The notes beneath the pieces were generated by a model that was not told where the DNA came from, searched no databases, and saw nothing but the letters and a program-made list of their open reading frames with translations. DNA of 64,000 bases from Prevotella sp. (lineage in GTDB: Bacteria; Bacteroidota; Bacteroidia; Bacteroidales; Bacteroidaceae): positions 2,028 through 66,027 of the forward strand of contig JAFUZD010000069.1 in NCBI GenBank assembly GCA_017476785.1, given 5' to 3'. Numbering within the stretch: the first letter of the stretch is position 1; every line of letters begins with the position of its first letter. The translations under genes and the position numbers were made by a program. This document shows, piece after piece, positions 1-9,285 of the stretch.

Positions 1-5
1 TGGGT

Positions 6-1415
6 ATGTATGTGTGCGGACCTACCGTCTATGGCGACCCGCATCTGGGTCACGCCCGTCCGGCCATCACCTTCGACCTCGTGTTCCGCTATCTGCGCCA
101 CTTGGGCTATAAGGTGCGCTACGTGCGCAACATTACCGACGTGGGCCACTTGGAGCACGATGCCGACGAGGGCGAAGACAAGATAGCCAAGAAGGCACGG
201 CTGGAGCAGTTGGAGCCGATGGAGATAGCCCAATACTACACCAATCGCTATCACGACGCGATGGATGCACTGGGTGTGCTGCCGCCCAGCATCGAGCCCC
301 ACGCCACAGGGCACATCATTGAGCAGCAGCAACTGGTCAAGCAGATTCTCGACAATGGCTATGCCTACGAGTCGAATGGCTCCATCTACTTCGACATCGA
401 GGCCTATAATAAGGACCATCGCTACGGCATCCTCAGCGGCCGCTCGCTGGAAAACATCAAAGACGAGAGCCGCGAGCTGGCCGGCATCGGCGAGAAGAAG
501 CATCAGGCCGACTTCGCCCTGTGGAAGAAGGCGGCTCCCGAGCATATTATGCGCTGGCCCTCGCCGTGGAGCGACGGCTTCCCCGGGTGGCACTGCGAGT
601 GCACGGCAATGGGGCGCAAGTATCTGGGCGAGACGTTCGACATCCACGGAGGCGGAATGGACCTCGTGTTCCCCCACCACGAGTGCGAGATTGCACAGGC
701 CGTGGCTGCGCAGGGCAAGCCTGCCGTGAAGTATTGGATGCACAACAATATGATTACCATCAACGGCCAGAAGATGGGTAAGAGCCTCGGCAACTTCATC
801 ACGCTGGAGCAGTTCTTCACGGGCAATCACCCGTCGCTCGAACAGGCTTACTCCCCGATGACCATCCGCTTCTTCATCCTCTCGGGCCACTATCGCGGCA
901 CGGTAGACTTCTCCAACGATGCGCTGAAGGCCTCGGAGAAGGGACTGCAGAAGCTGTTGCAGGGCATTAAGGACATCGACAGGGTGGTGCCAGTGGCTGC
1001 AGAGGCTGCTGAGAGTGCTGCTTTCGTCCGCTCGCTGCGCCAGCGTTGCTACGACGCGATGAACGACGATTTGGCCACGCCCCAACTGATCAGCATCCTG
1101 TTCGAGGCCTGCACGCTGGTGAACAAGCTGGTAGACCATAAGGCAACCATCAGCGCGGCCGACTTGCAGGAGTTGCGCGAGGTGGTGCAGCTCTTCGCCT
1201 TCGACATCCTCGGCCTGCGTTCCGACAGCACTGGCGGCAACGAGGCACGCGAAGAGGCCTACGGAAAGGTGGTGGATATGGTGCTCGACCTGCGCGCCAA
1301 GGCTAAGGCGGCGAAGGACTGGGCCACCAGCGACCAGATACGCGACGCGCTGGCTGCTGCCGGATTTGAAGTGAAGGATACGAAGGACGGTGCCACGTGG
1401 CGACTGAACAAATAA
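6..1415 (+). CDS. cysS: Cysteine--tRNA ligase (5' end probably lies outside the window)
   Basis: [12 protein letters not shown] (HIGH), [24 protein letters not shown] and KMGKS motifs; frame is open to the window edge. Confidence 0.97.
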   Translation: MYVCGPTVYGDPHLGHARPAITFDLVFRYLRHLGYKVRYVRNITDVGHLEHDADEGEDKIAKKARLEQLEPMEIAQYYTNRYHDAMDALGVLPPSIEPHATGHIIEQQQLVKQILDNGYAYESNGSIYFDIEAYNKDHRYGILSGRSLENIKDESRELAGIGEKKHQADFALWKKAAPEHIMRWPSPWSDGFPGWHCECTAMGRKYLGETFDIHGGGMDLVFPHHECEIAQAVAAQGKPAVKYWMHNNMITINGQKMGKSLGNFITLEQFFTGNHPSLEQAYSPMTIRFFILSGHYRGTVDFSNDALKASEKGLQKLLQGIKDIDRVVPVAAEAAESAAFVRSLRQRCYDAMNDDLATPQLISILFEACTLVNKLVDHKATISAADLQELREVVQLFAFDILGLRSDSTGGNEAREEAYGKVVDMVLDLRAKAKAAKDWATSDQIRDALAAAGFEVKDTKDGATWRLNK

Positions 1416-1467
1416 GGCGTATGAACTCCTAAGAAGGAATGTGCGCCGAGCAGATTCCTATCGACCG

Positions 1468-1500
1468 ACGCGCTTGCTCCTCAGAGGCAAGCGCGTTTTC
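1468..1500 (+). terminator. Intrinsic terminator after cysS
   Basis: acgcgcttgc...gcaagcgcgt stem followed by tttc. Confidence 0.6.
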
Positions 1501-1539
1501 TGTGCCCCGCTTCCTCCTCGTGGCGGTCGGGCTGCAAAG

Positions 1540-1597
1540 AATTCTCGCGTAAATTTTTGAAATTCTCGCGAGAATTCCGAAAATTCTCGCGAGAATT
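1540..1597. repeat. Three 21-bp-period copies of the palindrome aattctcgcgagaatt
   Basis: Perfect 16-bp palindromes at 1561-1576 and 1582-1597, degenerate copy at 1540-1555. Confidence 0.9.
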
Positions 1598-1634
1598 CTT
1601 TCCTGTCCCATAGCCCCGATGTCCTGTCGCAGCC

Positions 1635-2015
1635 TTATTCGTACAGTCGGAACATCCGTTCCATCATCTGCCACTTCTCGTTCGATGTCGCATCGGCGGC
1701 GCATTGCTGGAAGGCAGCCACGTACTGCTCCCACTCCTGCTGGCGCGGCAGCGTGGCCAACCGGCTCATCGCCTCGTCCCAGCAGAAGTCGGCCGGTGCG
1801 TCGACAATCATAATGAGGCGGTTGCCGGCGATGTAGATTTCCATCTCCAAGATGCCCACGGCGCGGATGCCCGCCTTTATCTCGTCCCAGAAGTGGTCGG
1901 GGTCGTGCGCCTCGCGGTAGCGGCGTATCAGCTCTGCGTCGTCTTTCAGCTCCAGCGTCTGGCAGTAGCGCTTGGTGGGCTGGTTGAATTGTTTCTGTAA
2001 GTAGCCTTCAGTCAT
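1635..2015 (-). CDS. L-rhamnose mutarotase family protein
   Basis: KRYCQTLELKDD..Y.EAH...WDEI..GI..VGILEMEIY pattern, 126 aa. Confidence 0.8.
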   Translation of the reverse strand: MTEGYLQKQFNQPTKRYCQTLELKDDAELIRRYREAHDPDHFWDEIKAGIRAVGILEMEIYIAGNRLIMIVDAPADFCWDEAMSRLATLPRQQEWEQYVAAFQQCAADATSNEKWQMMERMFRLYE

Positions 2016-2859
2016 TTTGGTATGCTTGTTTGGTCATATAGATAGCAATGGTCTTGTGGCGGACGTAGGCCGAGTCCACGTACATCAGTCCGCCGTAGGG
2101 TCCGCGCTCGCCCCACGAGTTTTTCATTATGAAGTAGAGCCGTCCATCGGTGTGCCTGCGCGCCATTCCCACGATGGCCATACAGTGGTTGTCCGTAGGC
2201 TGTCCGGGCGACAGGCGTGTGTAGTCGGCCGTGCCGTCGTCGGGCTTGAACAGCGGCTCGTTGGTGTCGCCCTCCCAGCAGATGCCGTGGTGGCGGGCTA
2301 CGGCAGTCGTGAGGTGGTGCATCAGCGAGTCGGGCGGAATGTGGAGGAAGCGGTTGTGCTCCCAGTTGTCGGGCAACGGCAGCTCCACCTCTTTATAATA
2401 AGGGGCGTGTGCAACGGACGTCAGCGCGATGTATTCGCCCGGGGCACACACCGAGCGGGCAAACTCCTGCGGCGTGTACACCAAGCCCCCCATAAAGACG
2501 CGCAGGGGCGGGATGAGTGTCGAGTCGTCAGCCGAGCGGTAGGCACTGTAAGTGCAGATGCCGTACTGCTGTATGGCGTTGATGAGCGTGTGCCCCATTC
2601 CGCGCTCGTGGCCGGGATGGTGGCGGCGCATCATCCATTCGACGTAAGCCGGCGAGAGGTCTACTGAGTCGCCCCGTCCGATGTGCTCCGTCTCAATGGC
2701 GGCCAGCATCGCGTAGGCCCAGCACAGCTGGCTGCTGCCCTGATTCTTGACGGGCGTCATCCCGTTCATCACCACCACGTCAAACCGTGGCGGCTCCGTC
2801 GTACAGGCTGCCAGCAGGAGCACCAGCAGGCTGCCATAAAGTAATCTTCTCCTTGTCAC
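2008..2859 (-). CDS. Papain-like C1 cysteine peptidase, lipoprotein
   Basis: VKNQG...CWAY, NHCMAIVG and KNSWG catalytic motifs; LLAAC lipobox. Confidence 0.88.
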   Translation of the reverse strand: MTRRRLLYGSLLVLLLAACTTEPPRFDVVVMNGMTPVKNQGSSQLCWAYAMLAAIETEHIGRGDSVDLSPAYVEWMMRRHHPGHERGMGHTLINAIQQYGICTYSAYRSADDSTLIPPLRVFMGGLVYTPQEFARSVCAPGEYIALTSVAHAPYYKEVELPLPDNWEHNRFLHIPPDSLMHHLTTAVARHHGICWEGDTNEPLFKPDDGTADYTRLSPGQPTDNHCMAIVGMARRHTDGRLYFIMKNSWGERGPYGGLMYVDSAYVRHKTIAIYMTKQAYQND

Positions 2860-2939
2860 GCCGCAAAGATAGCATTTTTAAGGACAGAATCGTCCTCTTC
2901 AATGCAAAAAACCCGCAATTAAGATTATTTAACGAACAG

Positions 2940-2972
2940 CTTGGTTAGGGGGGGTGATTTTTCGTATCTTTG
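2940..2972 (+). promoter_or_regulatory. Bacteroidetes sigmaA promoter (-7 TATCTTTG) with a G7 run in the spacer
   Basis: tatctttg at 2965-2972, ttg near 2941, ggggggg at 2948-2954. Confidence 0.55.
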
Positions 2973-3013
2973 CTCCAGACTAACCATTTTCATTTAAAAA
3001 CAGAACGAGAAAA

Positions 3014-4126
3014 ATGATGAGACAAACAACGAAAACCCTGTTCCGGCTGCTCAGCCTACTGTTCCTTGCAGCCGTCACCTTCACCCTCAGCGCCTGCGGA
3101 GGCGACGACGACGGCGATGCAGCTCCCGTAGAAGAACCCAAGACCATCGGCATCGTGGGTCTTGTCGGAGAAATGCTTGACCAGAATATCGAAATGGTCG
3201 CCGTTCAGGACGGCTTCCCTGCGTATATATATCATTATAAATCAGGGAGCTTGACTCGCTGGCAGCAAACCAGCAACGGCAGCTATTACAGTCTGGATAT
3301 CAACGATGAATACAAGACCGACGACATCAGCAAGTTCTATTACAGCTACTACAAGGTGAACGACCGCGCCACGCGGTCCTTCCACGTGACATACGACGGC
3401 ACACACGATATGTATGTGTTCCAATACGAGGACGACGGCGAGGAGCCCACGGCGGAATACCTGCGATTCGAGGAAATCGAAGGCGTAGACAAATGGACGC
3501 GGATGAAAGTGACGGAAATGGACGCCAACGGCAACGTCGTACGCGAGATAGACCCCAACCAGTTCCGCTATCGCATCTTCAGCTCGCTCTCGTGGAATCG
3601 CGTCTCCAGCGGCGGCGGCTCCAGCAGCTATGGCGACGACAACGTGTGCCCCAACTGCAACGGCAGCGGCAAGTGTCCCAAGTGCAACGGCAAGGGCTAC
3701 ACCAGTATCACCAGTAGTGGCTTCAAGACGTACTGCCCAGCCTGTGCCCACTCCGGCAAATGCATCAAATGTGGCGGTACGGGCTATATTTCCGGCGGCA
3801 GTTCCGGCGGTAGCAGTGGTGGCAGCAGTGGCGGCACGGACTACAGCGCCCTCTACGACTTCACGCCCACCACGGCCTATATCATCACCAAGACGACGAA
3901 TAGCAGCGGCATCTCCTCCTACTCAGCCTCGTCGCAGTCGATGCAGAAGGGCGTGGCCAAGAGTGGCACGCGCGTCTGCCTGTTCAACAATGCCAAGACC
4001 ATCAATTATGGCTCGGCCTCGACCAACAGTGACCGCACGCAGGGCGGCTATTCTGTCGGCAGCTACTCTTATCTGGTGCGGGACAACCCCAACCTCAACA
4101 CCACTAAGTATTACTACTTCAACTGA
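3014..4126 (+). CDS. Surface lipoprotein with a DnaJ-type CxxCxGxG zinc-finger module
   Basis: LSAC-GGDDD lipobox plus acidic export signal; CPNCNGSG, CPKCNGKG, CPACAHSG, CIKCGGTG between Gly/Ser linkers. Confidence 0.8.
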   Translation: MMRQTTKTLFRLLSLLFLAAVTFTLSACGGDDDGDAAPVEEPKTIGIVGLVGEMLDQNIEMVAVQDGFPAYIYHYKSGSLTRWQQTSNGSYYSLDINDEYKTDDISKFYYSYYKVNDRATRSFHVTYDGTHDMYVFQYEDDGEEPTAEYLRFEEIEGVDKWTRMKVTEMDANGNVVREIDPNQFRYRIFSSLSWNRVSSGGGSSSYGDDNVCPNCNGSGKCPKCNGKGYTSITSSGFKTYCPACAHSGKCIKCGGTGYISGGSSGGSSGGSSGGTDYSALYDFTPTTAYIITKTTNSSGISSYSASSQSMQKGVAKSGTRVCLFNNAKTINYGSASTNSDRTQGGYSVGSYSYLVRDNPNLNTTKYYYFN

Positions 4127-4149
4127 GCAGGCTCTTCCCTATCACCCCC

Positions 4150-4185
4150 AAAAGCACCGGGCAACCCGTCGCCCGGTGCTTTTTT
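4150..4185 (+). terminator. Intrinsic terminator (possibly bidirectional)
   Basis: aaaagcaccgggc...gcccggtgcttttttt. Confidence 0.85.
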
Positions 4186-4251
4186 CGTCCGTTTCTGTCC
4201 CCTTATTCACCAATTCTTCGTACCTTTGCAGGCAAAACAGAGTGGTGAAGT

Positions 4252-4821
4252 ATGTACGATATACAAATTATACGGAACAAGATTTACGAAATACGAGGTA
4301 CGCGTGTGATGCTTGACCGCGACTTAGCGGCGATGTACGGGGTGGAAACGAGAGTGCTGAACCAAGCTGTCAAGCGCAATCAACAACGGTTTCCCGAAGA
4401 TTTTATGTTCCAGCTGACCAAAGAAGAATGTTTAAGATCACAAATTGTGACCTTAAACACAGCACGAGGGCAGCACTTGAAGTACCTCCCCTATGCATTC
4501 ACGGAGTTGGGAGTGGCAATGCTAAGTTCCGTGCTTCGCTCTGAAACGGCCATAGAGGTCAATATGGGCATTATGCGGGCCTTTGTTTCATTGCGCCAGT
4601 TAGTTGCACTGCCCGACACATCGAACCGGTTGGCACAGATAGAGCGTGAGATTTCGCGTATTAAAGAGGAAATGAATGAAACACTGGCCGACCAGAACGA
4701 TATCAATGAGAGTACGCGGATGCAGCTGGATGCCATCAGTATGGCGTTGGCCGAACTACAAGCAGACAGGCCTGCGGAAAAGCCACGAAAAAGAATAGGA
4801 TTCATCATTGACGACAAATGA
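4252..4821 (+). CDS. ORF6N-domain DNA-binding protein
   Basis: [59 protein letters not shown]-terminal RKRIGF. Confidence 0.9.
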   Translation: MYDIQIIRNKIYEIRGTRVMLDRDLAAMYGVETRVLNQAVKRNQQRFPEDFMFQLTKEECLRSQIVTLNTARGQHLKYLPYAFTELGVAMLSSVLRSETAIEVNMGIMRAFVSLRQLVALPDTSNRLAQIEREISRIKEEMNETLADQNDINESTRMQLDAISMALAELQADRPAEKPRKRIGFIIDDK

Positions 4822-6065
4822 ACAAGAAAGACTTTGAGATAATGGCGCCTTTGGGCAGCCGCGAATCATTGGCAGCGGCGCTGCAGGCGGGAGCCGACTC
4901 CGTCTACTTCGGTATCGGACGGCTGAATATGCGCGCCCACTCAGCATCAGCCTTCACCATTGACGACCTGCGTGAGATTGCGGCCACCTGTCGCGAGCGC
5001 GGCGTGAAGACCTACCTGACGGTCAACACGATTATCTACGGTGAGGACATCCCGGCGATGCGCGAGATAGTGGATGCTGCCCGCGAAGCCGGCATCACGG
5101 CCGTCATCGCTTCCGACGTGGCCGTGATGACGTACTGTCGGTCGGTGGGGCAGGAGGTGCACCTGAGCACGCAGCTCAACATATCCAACGTCGAGGCACT
5201 GCGCTTCTATGCCCAGTTTGCCGACGTGGTAGTGTTGGCACGCGAGCTGAACCTCGACCAAGTGGCTGAGATTCACCGCGCCATTGAGCTGGAGCATATC
5301 TGCGGTCCCAGCGGTCGCCCGGTGCGTATTGAGATGTTCTGTCACGGCGCGTTGTGTATGGCCATCAGCGGTAAGTGCTATCTGTCGCTGCAGAACGCGG
5401 GACGCTCGGCCAACCGCGGCGAGTGTATGCAGCTGTGCCGCCGCTCCTACACCGTGACCGACAACGAGACGGGCACGCAGCTGGAGATTGACAACAAGTA
5501 CATAATGAGCCCGAAGGACCTGAAGACCGTCCGCTTCATCGACCGGATGATGCAGGCCGGTGTGCGCGTGTTCAAGATTGAGGGGCGCGCCCGTGGACCG
5601 GAATATGTCTACACCGTGGTGCAGTGCTACCGCGAGGCCATCGACGCCGTGGTCGACGGCACGTTCACCGATGCGCGTAAGGACGCGTGGGACGAGCGGT
5701 TGGCCAGCGTCTTCAACCGTGGCTTCTGGGACGGCTACTATCAGGGGCAGACGCTGGGCGAGTGGAACAAGAACTACGGTTCCAATGCCACCGTCCGCAA
5801 GCAGTATGTGGGTAAGGGCGTGAAGTATTTCTCGCGGCTCGGCGTGGCTGAGTTTACCGTTGAGGCCACGACGTTCAGCGTGGGCGACCAGCTGCTCATC
5901 ACGGGGCCTACCACGGGTGTGCTCTATGTCACGGCCGAGGAGATTCACGACGATGTGCAGGCTGTACAGACAGCGCAGCAGGGCACGCGCGTCAGCATTA
6001 AGGTGCCGGCGAAGGTGCGGCCGAGCGATAAGTTGTTTAAGTTGGTATCTGAGACCCAGCCCTAA
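4818..6065 (+). CDS. U32 peptidase-family protein (PrtC/TrhP-like Fe-S protein)
   Basis: [47 protein letters not shown]. Confidence 0.92.
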   Translation: MNKKDFEIMAPLGSRESLAAALQAGADSVYFGIGRLNMRAHSASAFTIDDLREIAATCRERGVKTYLTVNTIIYGEDIPAMREIVDAAREAGITAVIASDVAVMTYCRSVGQEVHLSTQLNISNVEALRFYAQFADVVVLARELNLDQVAEIHRAIELEHICGPSGRPVRIEMFCHGALCMAISGKCYLSLQNAGRSANRGECMQLCRRSYTVTDNETGTQLEIDNKYIMSPKDLKTVRFIDRMMQAGVRVFKIEGRARGPEYVYTVVQCYREAIDAVVDGTFTDARKDAWDERLASVFNRGFWDGYYQGQTLGEWNKNYGSNATVRKQYVGKGVKYFSRLGVAEFTVEATTFSVGDQLLITGPTTGVLYVTAEEIHDDVQAVQTAQQGTRVSIKVPAKVRPSDKLFKLVSETQP

Positions 6066-6067
6066 AA

Positions 6068-6099
6068 CCCACCCCCAACCCCTCCCGAAGGGAGGGGAG
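6068..6099. repeat. REP-like GC palindrome, copy 1 (intergenic)
   Basis: cccacccccaa-cccctccc gaa gggagggg. Confidence 0.75.
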
Positions 6100-6140
6100 C
6101 TTGGTTAGTTTTGATGAACAATAAAATATGTATAACGAAG

Positions 6141-6605
6141 ATGAGTGATACAAACAAAAAACCCCTCCCGATGGGAGGGGATGGGGCAGGGCTGAACGCC
6201 ACCCAAGACGAGATTATAGAAGAATTCACCGGTCTGGATGACTGGATGGACAGATACCAACTGCTCATTGACCTCGGCAACGAGCAAGAGCCCTTAGACG
6301 AGCGTTACAAGACGGAGAGCAACTTGATTGACGGATGCCAGAGCCGCGTGTGGCTGCAGGCCGACTATGAAGACGGCCGCATCCGTTTCACGGCCGAGAG
6401 CGATGCGCTCATCGTGAAGGGTATCGTCAGCCTGCTCATCCGCGTGCTGAGCGGTCATACGCCGCAAGAGATTCTCAATGCCGACCTCTACTTCATCGAC
6501 CGCATCGGGCTGAAGGAGCATCTGTCGCCCACGCGCAGCAACGGCTTGCTGGCAATGGTGAAGCAGATGCGGATGTACGCACTGGCCTTCTCGAAAAAGA
6601 GCTGA
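6141..6605 (+). CDS. sufE: SufE Fe-S cluster assembly sulfur acceptor
   Basis: QDEIIEEF..LDDWMDRYQLLIDLG, IDGCQSRVW, SDALIVKG, LSPTRSNGL; start codon uncertain (6111/6141/6171). Confidence 0.92.
   Translation: MSDTNKKPLPMGGDGAGLNATQDEIIEEFTGLDDWMDRYQLLIDLGNEQEPLDERYKTESNLIDGCQSRVWLQADYEDGRIRFTAESDALIVKGIVSLLIRVLSGHTPQEILNADLYFIDRIGLKEHLSPTRSNGLLAMVKQMRMYALAFSKKS
6162..6191. repeat. REP-like GC palindrome, copy 2 (inverted, within the sufE 5' coding region)
   Basis: cccctccc gat gggagggg atggggcaggg, the reverse-complement-like partner of copy 1. Confidence 0.75.
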
Positions 6606-6615
6606 GCTTTTGCAG

Positions 6616-7914
6616 TTATTGCGCCCGTGTCAGCTCGTAGGCATCGAGCTTGGCGAGGTAGAATTCGCGCACGTCTTTCCATCGATAGTACGGGGCGATG
6701 TTGCTCTTCAGGGGCAGCGTCGCCTCGTTTTCGTTGAGCAGCACCTTCACCAGCACATCCTTATCGTTGACGTCGCGGCGGTAGAAGACGAACTGCAGGT
6801 TGGCAGCCATCGGGAACACACGATAGTTAATCCATCCGTGGCGCTCCAGCGAGTCGAAGTCGTCCGTGGCATAGCCGAACCCATTGAGATTGAGCAGGCA
6901 GGTGAGCGGCATCACCATCGTCTCGTGGCCGAATCGCAGTGTGGCTCCCGGCTTGTAGAGGCGCAGACAGCTGTCGGCCTCCTCGATGATGCGGCGCAGT
7001 AGGTTGCGCTGCGTGTAGGGCTGGTTGCCGCCGCTGACGGTCGACGGGCCATAGGCAATATACCACCACGCATTCTCCTTCTTCCAGTTGCAGTACACCT
7101 CGTCGTCGTTGAACAGGTCGTAGAGCGTCAGCGTGTGGCGCAGTTCGGTGCTCTGTATGTTGCTGGCAATCTTAAACAAGTCCACGTTGAGGCGTATGGG
7201 GTTGACGTGCCGGCGGACGTAGGCAGTGTCGTTGAAGAGCTGGGTCATCAGCCGGTCGTTGTTCTCGTAGCGGTCGGCATAGGCGCGGTACTTTGCCTGC
7301 ACGGCAGAGTCCATAGCCTGCGAGCGCAACAGCTGGTCCTGATAGTTCATATACCACATATCGTGCTCTGAGGCATCGTGGCGGATGCGCAGCTTCGGGT
7401 TCAGTGCCACCAGCTGCTGCAGTGCGTTCTCCATAGACAGGATGCAGCGGATGACCACCGTGCTCTTGGCATCGATGCGCGCCTCGCCTTCGAACACCTC
7501 GGGGAAACGCTCGAACATCCGACGGGCAATCTGGCGGTGCTGCTCAGCCCCCAGCTGCGTCAGTTCGCCGTAGCGGCCGGCAGCCTCTTCGCGTATCAGC
7601 TTCAGCCGTCGCAGCACGTCGCGCCCCAGCGGCGTCAGCTTGCCCAGCGAGTCGGCCTTCTGCAGCACGCGATACGGATTGTCGTACTGCTTGGGATTAA
7701 TCAGGTAGCGTGAGCCGTGGCGACCGTAGTGGCCGATATAGAAAGGCTTCTTGACCTTTGGCGCGGGTGTGAGCTTAGCCTGTCGTGGTCCGGGGTAGGC
7801 CAGATAGTTGCTGGCAGAGTAATGTATGTCTTTCGCAAAGTCCTGCCGTGCTGTTTGTGCCGTTGTGCAGAGTGTTGCTGCCAGAACAGCCAGCATCATA
7901 ATAAGTCGTTTCAT
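6616..7914 (-). CDS. Secreted histidine acid phosphatase (phytase-like)
   Basis: Signal peptide MKRLIMMLAV; RHGSR motif; RFGHET. Confidence 0.85.
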   Translation of the reverse strand: MKRLIMMLAVLAATLCTTAQTARQDFAKDIHYSASNYLAYPGPRQAKLTPAPKVKKPFYIGHYGRHGSRYLINPKQYDNPYRVLQKADSLGKLTPLGRDVLRRLKLIREEAAGRYGELTQLGAEQHRQIARRMFERFPEVFEGEARIDAKSTVVIRCILSMENALQQLVALNPKLRIRHDASEHDMWYMNYQDQLLRSQAMDSAVQAKYRAYADRYENNDRLMTQLFNDTAYVRRHVNPIRLNVDLFKIASNIQSTELRHTLTLYDLFNDDEVYCNWKKENAWWYIAYGPSTVSGGNQPYTQRNLLRRIIEEADSCLRLYKPGATLRFGHETMVMPLTCLLNLNGFGYATDDFDSLERHGWINYRVFPMAANLQFVFYRRDVNDKDVLVKVLLNENEATLPLKSNIAPYYRWKDVREFYLAKLDAYELTRAQ

Positions 7915-8183
7915 AAATCGCTGCTCGTGATTTGGTTCGGTTGCAAAGATACGATTTTTTTTGGAAAAACCGCACAATGCGCCGGATTTAATATTGATGT
8001 ACGGTGCTTTTCTCCCGATGCAAGATGCTTCCTCAGGAGCGACCGTCAGCTCAAGCGGTTGTCGGGAAACGACGGCTATGAGGAGACCATTTGATGATTT
8101 TAGTTGACTATTTTCAGCAGAAGTGTGCCGTATTTCCCTCAAATTTACTATCTTTGCCGTAGGTATTCAAAATAGTAAGGGCT

Positions 8184-8519
8184 ATGGCAAGAAAATTTAT
8201 AGACAATCAGCCGTCTGTCAGTGCTGCTGACGAGCAGGAATATTTGGAATTGTGCAAGCAGCCGCGGATTCCCGGTCGGGATGGTGGCAAACTGGCTGCC
8301 GTGAAGCTGTATCAGGAACGCACGGGCTGTGGACTGGTGGAGGCACGCGACTATATAGAACAACTATGCGTAAAGAACGGATTGACTTCGGCGGATGCCA
8401 GCCCGTCGCCGGCAGGTGTTGCCGGGACAGGAGAACCCCGCCGAAGCAGTCCGTTTTCAGTATGGCTGATGGTGGGAGTGGCCCTGATCTTCCTCCTTTG
8501 GTGGCTCCTGCATTCCTAA
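8184..8519 (+). CDS. Small membrane-anchored protein with a ribosomal L7/L12 CTD-like motif
   Basis: GKLAAVKLYQERTGCGLVEARDYIE; C-terminal hydrophobic helix; TATCTTTG promoter upstream. Confidence 0.6.
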   Translation: MARKFIDNQPSVSAADEQEYLELCKQPRIPGRDGGKLAAVKLYQERTGCGLVEARDYIEQLCVKNGLTSADASPSPAGVAGTGEPRRSSPFSVWLMVGVALIFLLWWLLHS

Positions 8520-8567
8520 TCCCCTCGGCAGACATCCACCCTAATCGCATCAATTACTACAATCAAT

Positions 8568-9215
8568 ATGGCAAGAAACTCTAACTGGCAAGATGATTAC
8601 TGGCTGCTGCTGATGCAAGCCTATCTGAAGAAACCCGTGGGTGTGAAGCCGATGTACAGCCGCGTGATGGTAGACCTCGCGCTGGAGCTGCACATCGCCC
8701 CGCAGGCCTTGTTTGCGCGGCAGTGTGAGATAGCCAATCTGGAGACACCGCGCATTGAGCGCATCTGGGAGCAATATGCCCAAAGCCCGCGACGCTTGGC
8801 CCGTGCCGTCAGGCTGCTGCGCGAAATGAAGGGATTCGGTAGCGGGGGCGACTTCTACGAGGGCGTGGACGTGCAAGAGACTTTCGAGCGCGACTTCCGC
8901 CCGCTGGCCGAAGACGACCGACTGCTGCCTATAATGCTGGTGCTGATACTCGACCTCTACTTCCGGCTGACACCCATCACGATGGTCAGCGAGACCCCTG
9001 AGGTGCAGCAGCTGGCGCGGCTGATGCGCATCCCGGTAGACTTGGTGGTCGACGTGCTCTATATCTACCAGCACTACGACCCCTATCTGAACCGCCGCGA
9101 CATCGTGCTCAGTCAGCTATTGGTGCCCTGCCGGCAGATATGGCAGCGCTATGGCAACAGCGACACCGAGCAGCTGGCCTCCTATGCCAGTCAGCTGGAG
9201 GAATACTTCAAATAG
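8568..9215 (+). CDS. Conserved hypothetical helical protein upstream of rpoN
   Basis: 215-aa ORF with host-like codon usage; two similar helical segments. Confidence 0.7.
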   Translation: MARNSNWQDDYWLLLMQAYLKKPVGVKPMYSRVMVDLALELHIAPQALFARQCEIANLETPRIERIWEQYAQSPRRLARAVRLLREMKGFGSGGDFYEGVDVQETFERDFRPLAEDDRLLPIMLVLILDLYFRLTPITMVSETPEVQQLARLMRIPVDLVVDVLYIYQHYDPYLNRRDIVLSQLLVPCRQIWQRYGNSDTEQLASYASQLEEYFK

Positions 9216-9285
9216 TTTAAGTTCATAGCTGATAGTTCGTACTTATTTCGTAACTTTGCAGCTTGTTAAGCAAATCACGGAAACG

